Shown: positions 28,793 to 35,860 of the stretch, in pieces
Numbering within the stretch: the stretch's first letter is position 1
How the letters are laid out: each line of letters begins with the position of its first letter
Position numbers and translations under genes: made by a program
DNA from: Pirellulales bacterium
Lineage (GTDB): Bacteria > Planctomycetota > Planctomycetia > Pirellulales > JAICIG01
DNA length: 64,000 nucleotides
Assembly: GCA_040901675.1 (NCBI GenBank)
Contig: JBBDYJ010000026.1
Location: 1 to 64,000 of the forward strand
Direction of reading: 5' to 3'
The notes under the pieces: generated by a model
The model's database searches: none
Told to the model about the DNA's origin: nothing
Seen by the model: the letters and a program-made list of their open reading frames with translations, nothing else

Positions 28793-29016
28793 TCCGCGAG
28801 GCGCTTGAGGGCCTTGGCATAGCGCTCGTTGCTGGCGGCCAAGGCTCGCTCGAAGCGCTTGCGGCGCTTGCTGTCGCGCACCGGAGCAATCACCAGGGCT
28901 TCACCGTCCGTAGACACCTCCAGCGAAGTGTTTTCGTCGATGCCCAGCAGGTCCAGGATCGGCCGGTCGATGACCAGCGCCAGGCTGTTGCCGTGCTTGC
29001 TGAGTTTCTTGATCAT
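28789..29016 (-). CDS. AbrB/MazE-family antitoxin (Doc-associated type)
   Basis: MIKKLSKHGNSLALVIDRPILDLLGI..DGEALVIAPV..RYAKALKRLAE. Confidence 0.88.
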   Translation of the reverse strand: MIKKLSKHGNSLALVIDRPILDLLGIDENTSLEVSTDGEALVIAPVRDSKRRKRFERALAASNERYAKALKRLAE

Positions 29017-29040
29017 TGATGCACCTGACGGGCCACAAGC

Positions 29041-29069
29041 GTTATACCATTGTAGCACCTAATGTGCAA
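29041..29069 (-). promoter_or_regulatory. sigma70-type promoter of the antitoxin
   Basis: minus strand TTGCAC-N17-TATAAC with TG extended -10. Confidence 0.7.
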
Positions 29070-29131
29070 CGTGGCAAGGTGGAGGAAGGCACGACAAGGC
29101 GGGGGGAGAAGGAGGAAGGAAGGCAGAAGGT

Positions 29132-29256
29132 CCGCCGAAGGCGGACTAAAGTCCGTGGCAACCATCGTGCGCGCTGCGGGCGGAGAAGTACGGGCCGCAT
29201 GACTGCGGTCGCTACGAACCGGGGCAGTACGCCAAACGGAATGAATTCCGTTCTAC
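29132..29256. repeat. other palindromic REP-like elements
   Basis: CCGCCGAAGGCGGACTAAAGTCCG (29132) and minus-strand GTAGAACGGAATTCATTCCGTT (29235-29256). Confidence 0.6.
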
Positions 29257-29259
29257 GAA

Positions 29260-30672
29260 CTAGGCGAAGAGGTCCATGACGGGTTTGCCGAGGCCGTCGC
29301 GGGTGACGTAGAAGGGACGCTGCTCGATCTCGTATGCCAAGGTCGGCGCGATGCCCATGGCGCGATAGAGCGTGGCGTGAAGGTCCTCGATCACCACGGG
29401 GTCGGCGATCGTCTTGCAGGGACGCTCGTCGGCCGTCCGGCCGTGCAAGTGGCCGCGCTTCATGCCGCCGCCGAACAACAATACGCAGCCGGCGTCGGTG
29501 AAGTGGCGGTGCATGCCGTAGTGCTTCAGCTCGGTCATCACCTCGGGCACCTCGACCTGGTCCTTCACCTTGTTGTCGGGCTTGCCCTCGACCATCATGT
29601 CGCGGCTGAACTCGCTGGCCACCACGATCAACGTGCGGTCCAACAGGCCCCGCTCCTCCAGGTCCAACACGAGCTGGGCCACCGGGGCGTCGATCTGCTG
29701 CTTCAGCTCCCTCGTCCGCGTGTGGCCGTTGTCGTGCGTGTCCCAGTTCAAAAAGGGGATGTACTCGGTCGTGACCTCGATGAACCGCGCGCCGGCCTCG
29801 GTCAGCCGCCGGGCCAGCAGGCAGCCCAGGCCGAAACGCCCGGTGTTGTACCTGTCGTAACTCTCCTTGGGCTCCAGGCCGAGATCGAAGGCCTTGGAGG
29901 CCGGCGACGACAAGAGCCGGTAGGCGTTGTCCAGCGACCGCAGCAGCGACTCTTTCTGGAACGAGCTGCCGAACCGGCTGATCGGACTCTCGTCGACCAG
30001 CTTCTTGTACGCCAGGTAACGCTTCTGGAACCGCTCGGCCGTCATCCCCTGCGGCGGCCGGATGGCCTCCACCGCCTGGTCGGCGTAGGGGAGCAGGAAT
30101 GGGCCGTACTCGCTGCCCAAAAAACCGGCCGTGTGGAAGGCCTTCAGCTCCTCGCCCTCGCCCACGTCGAACCGCTGGCCGACGTCGATGAAGGCCGGCA
30201 CCGCCGGGTCGCGCGGACCCAGCGTGCGCGAGATCACCGCGCCGACGTGGGGGGCGGCCACGGTCTGCGGCGGCGCGTAGCCGGTATGCCACTGGTACTG
30301 GTGCCGCGAGTGCAAGATGAAGCCCAGGTCGCCGGAAATGTAGGAGCGGATCAAGGTGCCGCGGTCCATCACCGCGGCGATTTTCTCCAGGCCTTCGGAG
30401 AACTTGATGTGGTCGACCGCCGTATCGATCGACTTGAACGTGCTGAGCACCTTGTTCGAAGGCAATCCCGGCTCGAACGGCGTGTAGGCCTTGGGGTCGA
30501 ACGTCTCGGTGTGGGCCATCCCGCCCCCCATCCAGAGCACGATCAGCGTGTCGGCCGTGGGCTTGATCGTCTCGGCCTGTTCTTCCCAGCCCCGCACCCG
30601 TCGCGGGAAACCGGCGGCAAGGGCGGAAAGCGTGGCGGCACTAGCGGTACGGAGAAAATCGCGGCGGTACAT
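29260..30672 (-). CDS. DUF1501 protein (Tat-type motif)
   Basis: MYRRDFL, WMGGGMAHTETFDPK, CLLARRLTEAGARFIEV, WDTHDN, SEFSR. Confidence 0.9.
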   Translation of the reverse strand: MYRRDFLRTASAATLSALAAGFPRRVRGWEEQAETIKPTADTLIVLWMGGGMAHTETFDPKAYTPFEPGLPSNKVLSTFKSIDTAVDHIKFSEGLEKIAAVMDRGTLIRSYISGDLGFILHSRHQYQWHTGYAPPQTVAAPHVGAVISRTLGPRDPAVPAFIDVGQRFDVGEGEELKAFHTAGFLGSEYGPFLLPYADQAVEAIRPPQGMTAERFQKRYLAYKKLVDESPISRFGSSFQKESLLRSLDNAYRLLSSPASKAFDLGLEPKESYDRYNTGRFGLGCLLARRLTEAGARFIEVTTEYIPFLNWDTHDNGHTRTRELKQQIDAPVAQLVLDLEERGLLDRTLIVVASEFSRDMMVEGKPDNKVKDQVEVPEVMTELKHYGMHRHFTDAGCVLLFGGGMKRGHLHGRTADERPCKTIADPVVIEDLHATLYRAMGIAPTLAYEIEQRPFYVTRDGLGKPVMDLFA

Positions 30673-30679
30673 GGGGATT

Positions 30680-30844
30680 AGGCTGGAGGCTGAAGGCTGT
30701 AGGAAAACGGAATAGTGTCGGAAACAAAAGACCTGGGAAATTAGGCTGGAGGCTGAAGGACGGACGACGAAGACTGGGGCACGCTGACGCTTTGCCACCA
30801 GCCACCCGATTCATCCTACAGTCTACAGCCTCTGGCCTACAGCC
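30680..30844. repeat. inverted heptamer arrays (AGGCTGN)n / (CCTACAG)n enclosing a family B hairpin
   Basis: arrays at 30680-30703, 30743-30759 and 30815-30844; hairpin at 30773-30807. Confidence 0.8.
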
Positions 30845-30848
30845 GTCG

Positions 30849-32885
30849 TCAATATACCAACTGGAACTCGGGCAGCATCACGATTACCCACAACAGGTCG
30901 GCCAGGCCGGGCTCGGCGGGAGGCGACCCGACCAGCTCGATGGCCGCGGTCGACTCGCCGGGCGCCGGCAGGCGGCCCAGAGCCTCCAGATAAAGCCGCT
31001 CGACGAGCTGCTCGGTAGTTGCGGGCTGGCCGGCCAGCCATTTTCGGGCCCCTTGCTTCAAAACGTCGTCGAGCGTGGGGCCATTGGTCAGCTCAAGGGC
31101 CTGCAGGGTGGTGGCGGCCGTGGGCCGGCTGGTGATCACCTGCTCGCGGTTCGGACGGCCCAGCGCGACCATCAACGAATCGGCAGGGACAAGGGAGGAG
31201 CGGACCTCCAGGTCGGTCAGCACCAGGAACTCCATGTCATGCCCATCGGCCGACTGGACGATTGCACCGCTGTCGGGCCCGGCCGTGGCCTTGAAACGCG
31301 TGTACCCCTCAGGCAGGTCGTAGACGATCACGGAGTTGGCATGCGTGCCGATGCCGTAGCGCACGTGGCGGCCATCGATGACGAGCGGCTTGTCGACAAT
31401 GTTCGTGCCTACCCGGGCCTTGCCGTAGCCGCTGGTGGCCGATCGCCAGTTGAGATCGGTGAGGCGCTGGGCGCCGGCCGGCCCTTCGAGCCGAGGCTCG
31501 GCCCAGTCGGCCCAGTCGAGAGTGGCCCCATTGCCGGCGTCGTTGACCAGCAGCCACAACGTGCGGGCCCGCGCGATGTCTACGTCGATCTCGACCGCGC
31601 CGGAGTTCATGACACCGCTGGCGAACTTGAGCGAGCCGTGCTCCTCGCCGGGCCGAGGTTCGGCGGGGCTTGCGATATTGGACAAGAGCGCGGCGGGTTC
31701 CTGCTGCCAGACGCCGGTCAGGCTCGACACGGCGTCCAAGAACTGCTCGGCCGACATCCTCCGCACCACGGGTCCGGCAAAGACAAAATCAAAATCCTGC
31801 TGCGCCGACTCGCTGCCGTCGACCGCGGGCAACTGGTAGGCCCGCGACGTGAAGATCTGCCGCATCGTGTGCTTCAGGTCGTAGCGGTGCTCGACCAGGT
31901 CGGCCGCCAGCCACTCCAGCAGGCCGGGATGGAAGGGCGTGTTGTCCATCTCGTCCACGGGCTCGACGAGGCCGCGGCCCAAGAACCTCGCCCAGAGCCG
32001 GTTGACAATGGTCCGCGGCAGGCGGCCGTTTTCGGGGCTGGTGATGATCGCGGCCAACTGCTCGACGCGCTGGTCCTTTGGGGCATCGGCGTGCAAGGCG
32101 CCCAGCTCGGGGAAGAGGAAGCTGGTCTGGGCCATTTCGCCGGTCGGGCGATCGCAGCGGTGCATCTCGAGCGGCGTCTCGGCGAAGACGTTGGCCAGCC
32201 CGTAAGCCTCGGCCAGCGTCCAGTGGTTGATGAAGCTGTCGTGGCAGGAAGCGCACTTGAGGTTGATGCCCAGGAAGATCTGCGAGACGTTCTGGGCGGC
32301 TTGCACTTCGGGGACCTGGCTGGCGTTGACGACGCCCCGCCAGACGATGCCCTTGATAAAACCTTCGGAGGCGGGCGATGGGTCGATCAGCTCGCGCACG
32401 AATTGGTCGTACGGCATGTTGTTCTCCAATGCCGCGTACAACCAATCGGTGATCTGCTTGCGTCCGCCGTCGATGTAGCCGGTGCCCCGGTAATCGTTGC
32501 GCAGCGCGTCGTTCCAGAAGGTCAACCAATGCTCGGCGTACCGGCGGCGGTCGGCCAGCAGTGCATCGACCAGCCGCTCGCGTTTGTCGGGGCGGGAATC
32601 GGCGACAAAGGCCTTTAATTCATCGGCCGACGGCACCAGGCCGATCGCGTCGAGATACACGCGGCGGGCAAACCTGGCCTCGTCGACCAGCCCGTCGGCG
32701 GGCAATTTGTGTTCTTCGAAGTAGGGCGCCAGCAGGCGGTCGATGGGGTTGGTCGGTCCGGATTCCTCCGTGGCGGGCGGCAGCTCGGGCGGCCGCAGGG
32801 CCAGGTCGCCGGTCTGGGCGGGCGCGTGGCGGGCGGCGAGGAGGAAGAGGAAAGGCAGAACGAAGAGCATTAGACGCTTGGACAT
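30849..32885 (-). CDS. DUF1549/DUF1553 protein with inserted NPCBM/NEW2-like carbohydrate-binding segment
   Basis: NPIDR, RRVYLD, CASCHD, GRGLVEPVD, DWADWAEP, GIGTHANS, LQALELTN. Confidence 0.85.
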   Translation of the reverse strand: MSKRLMLFVLPFLFLLAARHAPAQTGDLALRPPELPPATEESGPTNPIDRLLAPYFEEHKLPADGLVDEARFARRVYLDAIGLVPSADELKAFVADSRPDKRERLVDALLADRRRYAEHWLTFWNDALRNDYRGTGYIDGGRKQITDWLYAALENNMPYDQFVRELIDPSPASEGFIKGIVWRGVVNASQVPEVQAAQNVSQIFLGINLKCASCHDSFINHWTLAEAYGLANVFAETPLEMHRCDRPTGEMAQTSFLFPELGALHADAPKDQRVEQLAAIITSPENGRLPRTIVNRLWARFLGRGLVEPVDEMDNTPFHPGLLEWLAADLVEHRYDLKHTMRQIFTSRAYQLPAVDGSESAQQDFDFVFAGPVVRRMSAEQFLDAVSSLTGVWQQEPAALLSNIASPAEPRPGEEHGSLKFASGVMNSGAVEIDVDIARARTLWLLVNDAGNGATLDWADWAEPRLEGPAGAQRLTDLNWRSATSGYGKARVGTNIVDKPLVIDGRHVRYGIGTHANSVIVYDLPEGYTRFKATAGPDSGAIVQSADGHDMEFLVLTDLEVRSSLVPADSLMVALGRPNREQVITSRPTAATTLQALELTNGPTLDDVLKQGARKWLAGQPATTEQLVERLYLEALGRLPAPGESTAAIELVGSPPAEPGLADLLWVIVMLPEFQLVY

Positions 32886-32990
32886 CGGGAGCATTCTACA
32901 AAAAGGGTGGCCGGCAGCAGCGGATTGGGCAGCTCCAAGGTATGACAGGTCGGGCCTGCTATTATAGCGCGCGGGGCAGGGGCGGGTCAA

Positions 32991-33083
32991 AAGGCAGAAG
33001 GCAGAAGGAGGAGGGAAGGTGGAAGACTGGGGCACGCTACGACTCGACTGAGCTCGCCGAAGTCCGCTTTGCCCCAGGCACCC
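32991..33083. repeat. AAGGCAG heptamers plus a family B hairpin carrying a nested insert
   Basis: ACTGGGGCACGCT[ACGACTCGACTGAGCTCGCCGAAGTCC]GCTTTGCCCCAGGCACCC at 33026-33083. Confidence 0.75.
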
Positions 33084-33110
33084 GGCGGCTACGAAGAGCG
33101 TAACGGCTAC

Positions 33111-33839
33111 TTAGCCGCGGCCGATGTAGAGCTGGTCGCGGGGCAGGACGATGGCTTCCAGCATCGCAACGTGGTCGGGCAGCGTGGCCATCAAGAGGGC
33201 CACCTGGGCGATCTCGTCGATGCTCATCATCGGCTCGGCGTCCTCGGACCGCTCGGTCAGCCGCCGCTCGACCTGGATGTTGCCGGGGTGCAGGCAACAA
33301 CAGGTGATGCCGTGCTCGCGTCCCTCCAGCGCGGTCACCTGCGTCAAGCCCCACAAGCCATGCTTCGAGGCGGAGTAGGCCGCCGACTCGGGGCGCACTC
33401 GCTGGGCCGAGATCGAGCCGATGTTGATGATCCGCCCAGAGCGGCGGGGCTTCATGATCCGCAGGGCGGCCCGCGTGCAGAGAAAGGGTGCCCGCAGATT
33501 GACGGCCAGCACCTTGTCCCAGGCCTCGGTGGAGAGCCGGTCGATCGGGCCGCCGTCGAAGGCGCCGGCGTTGTTCACCAGCAGGTCGAGCCCGTCGAAA
33601 CGCTCGACGGCGCGGGCAAACAGCGATTCCACCTGGCCCTCGTCGGTGATGTCGGCCGGCACGGCGAGCACCGGGGCGCCCAGGCCGGTCACTTCGTCCG
33701 CCGCCGCGTCGAGCTGGTCGCGGCTGCGGGCCACCAGCACCAGGGCGGCCCCTTCGCGTGCCAGGCCGCGGGCGATCCCCCTGCCGATGCCGCGGCCCGC
33801 GCCGGTTACAATTGCCACCTTGCCGTCGAGCTTTCCCAT
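33111..33839 (-). CDS. short-chain dehydrogenase/reductase
   Basis: TGAGRGIG, NNAG, YSASK. Confidence 0.93.
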   Translation of the reverse strand: MGKLDGKVAIVTGAGRGIGRGIARGLAREGAALVLVARSRDQLDAAADEVTGLGAPVLAVPADITDEGQVESLFARAVERFDGLDLLVNNAGAFDGGPIDRLSTEAWDKVLAVNLRAPFLCTRAALRIMKPRRSGRIINIGSISAQRVRPESAAYSASKHGLWGLTQVTALEGREHGITCCCLHPGNIQVERRLTERSEDAEPMMSIDEIAQVALLMATLPDHVAMLEAIVLPRDQLYIGRG

Positions 33840-33856
33840 AGCGTATCAATCACCTG

Positions 33857-34309
33857 ATGAATAAGGCCTTTGTCAAAGAGGCGGACGACACCGGCACGGG
33901 GCATTGCCCGCGCTGCGGATCGCTCGGCACGCCGGTCGGCGCCGAGACGCTGGCCGCGCAGCTCACGCCCGATGCACGGCAGGGCCTGGCCGACGCGGCT
34001 TTCTTTTGTCCGTTCGCCCGCTGCCCGGTCGCGTATTTCGACTCGTTCGAGCGCGCGGTCGAGGCCGATCGGCTGGCCGTGGCAGTGTACCCGAAGGATC
34101 CGCAGGCGCCGATCTGTGGCTGCTTCGGCTTCACCGTGGAGGAGATTGAGCAGGACATCCGCGATGGGGGAGTCGAGCGCGTGAAGGGGCTGCTCGCCCG
34201 GTCCAAGGGTCGCGAGGCCGACTGCACCCGCCGCTCGCCCAGCGGCCAGTGCTGCATTGCCGAGGTGCAGCGATATTACATGAAACATAAGGAGAGAGGA
34301 AGTACTTAG
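33857..34309 (+). CDS. Cys-rich Zn/[2Fe-2S] protein resembling the N-terminal domain of archaeal CopZ
   Basis: CPRCG, FCPFARCPVAYF, ICGCFGFT, C..SPSGQCC. Confidence 0.72.
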   Translation: MNKAFVKEADDTGTGHCPRCGSLGTPVGAETLAAQLTPDARQGLADAAFFCPFARCPVAYFDSFERAVEADRLAVAVYPKDPQAPICGCFGFTVEEIEQDIRDGGVERVKGLLARSKGREADCTRRSPSGQCCIAEVQRYYMKHKERGST

Positions 34310-34395
34310 GACTTGGCACTTGGCACTTGGGACTTGGCACTTGGGAGAAGATCCCGAAGCCGCAGCCCAAAGTACAAAGAACAAAGACCCAAGCA
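34304..34395. repeat. heptamer array (ACTTGGC)x6 with a degenerate inverted partner (CAAAGNA)x4
   Basis: 34304-34345 and 34368-34395; the first unit contains the upstream gene's TAG stop. Confidence 0.75.
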
Positions 34396-34474
34396 CCCGC
34401 CTCAGTATTTGACTTGGGCTCCCGGCCCAGCCAGAATCGGCGAGTTGCCTGCCCGCCTTCAAGGAGATGACCCC

Positions 34475-35839
34475 ATGCGACGGTTATTTGCGGTTTTGGC
34501 GGTTTTGGCGGCGGGGTGGTGGTGCGCGGCGGCAACGGCGGGCGAAGGGCTGCGGATCGCTACGTTCCAGGTCGATGCGACTCCGCCGCTGGGCTCGCCT
34601 CTGTGCGATGCCCTCGTGCCGGCCGGAACGGAAGTCGTCGACCCGCTGACCGCGCGGGGGATCGTGCTCTTGTCGGCCCAGGAGCCGATCGTGCTGTGCG
34701 CCGTCGATTGGGTCGGAATCGGAAATGGCGGCTACGACGCCTGGCGGGCCGCCCTGGCCAAGGCGGCCGGCACTACAGCCAGCCGCGTGGCCGTACACAC
34801 GCTGCACCAGCACGATGCGCCGGGCTGCGATTTCGAGGCCGAGGAGTTGCTGGCCTCGCGTGGCTTGTCCGGCACGATGTTCCACGTAGTGTTTGCCCGC
34901 CAAACCATCGAGCGTGCTGCCGAGGCGCTGCGCGAATCGATGAAGAATGCCCGCCCGGTCACTCACCTGGGCCTGGGGCGGGGCAGGGTCCAGGAGGTGG
35001 CGTCGAACCGGCGCGTGCTGGGCGACGACGGCAAGGTGAAGGCGGTGCGCTACAGCTCGTGCAAGGACCCGGCCGTGCGGGCCGAGCCGGAGGGAGTGAT
35101 CGACCCGGACGTGCGGCTGATCGCCTTCTACGACGGCGACACGCCGCTAGTCTCGCTGACCTACTACGCCACGCACCCGCAGAGCTACTACGGCCGGGGC
35201 GGCGTCAGCGCCGACTTCGTGGGCATGGCCCGCAAGTGGCGCGAGGACGCCGTGCCGCAGGTTGCGCACATCCATTTCAATGGAGCCGGCGGCAACGTGG
35301 CAGCCGGCAAGTATAACGACGGCTCGCCGGAGAACCGCCCGGTGTTGGCCGAACGCCTGGCCGAGGGGATGAAGGCGGCCTGGGAAGCGGTCGAGAAAAC
35401 GCCGCTGGACGCCTCGCAGATCGAGTGGCGCACGCGCGGCGTGCTGCTGCCGGCCAGCCCGCTGCTCGACGAAGAAAAGCTGATCGGCATCCTCGACAAC
35501 TCCGCGGCCGGCACGACGCAGCGGATCCGTGCGGCCCGCGACCTCGTCTGGCTCCGCCGCGTGAAGGCGGCTCAGCCGATCGAAGTGACCTGCCTGCGGT
35601 TGGGGCCGGCCTATGTCCTGCACCTGCCGGGCGAGCTGTTCGTCGAGTACCAGCTCGCCGCGGCCGAGATGCGGCCTGAGGCCCTGGTGGCCATGGCCGC
35701 CTACGGTGACTACGGCCCAGGTTACATCGGCACCACGATCGCTTACTCGCAAGGCGGCTACGAAACGGGCCCGGTCTCGCGGGTGGCGCCGGAGGTCGAG
35801 CCGGTGCTGCTGGACGCCTTGCGCGAATTGTTGAAGTAA
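34475..35839 (+). CDS. exported neutral/alkaline ceramidase-like hydrolase
   Basis: signal peptide; DATPP, DPLTARG, HTLHQHDAP, YATHP, GAGGN, LPGELFVEYQ, YGDYGPGYI. Confidence 0.7.
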   Translation: MRRLFAVLAVLAAGWWCAAATAGEGLRIATFQVDATPPLGSPLCDALVPAGTEVVDPLTARGIVLLSAQEPIVLCAVDWVGIGNGGYDAWRAALAKAAGTTASRVAVHTLHQHDAPGCDFEAEELLASRGLSGTMFHVVFARQTIERAAEALRESMKNARPVTHLGLGRGRVQEVASNRRVLGDDGKVKAVRYSSCKDPAVRAEPEGVIDPDVRLIAFYDGDTPLVSLTYYATHPQSYYGRGGVSADFVGMARKWREDAVPQVAHIHFNGAGGNVAAGKYNDGSPENRPVLAERLAEGMKAAWEAVEKTPLDASQIEWRTRGVLLPASPLLDEEKLIGILDNSAAGTTQRIRAARDLVWLRRVKAAQPIEVTCLRLGPAYVLHLPGELFVEYQLAAAEMRPEALVAMAAYGDYGPGYIGTTIAYSQGGYETGPVSRVAPEVEPVLLDALRELLK

Positions 35840-35860
35840 CGAACCAACGAGACATCGGAC

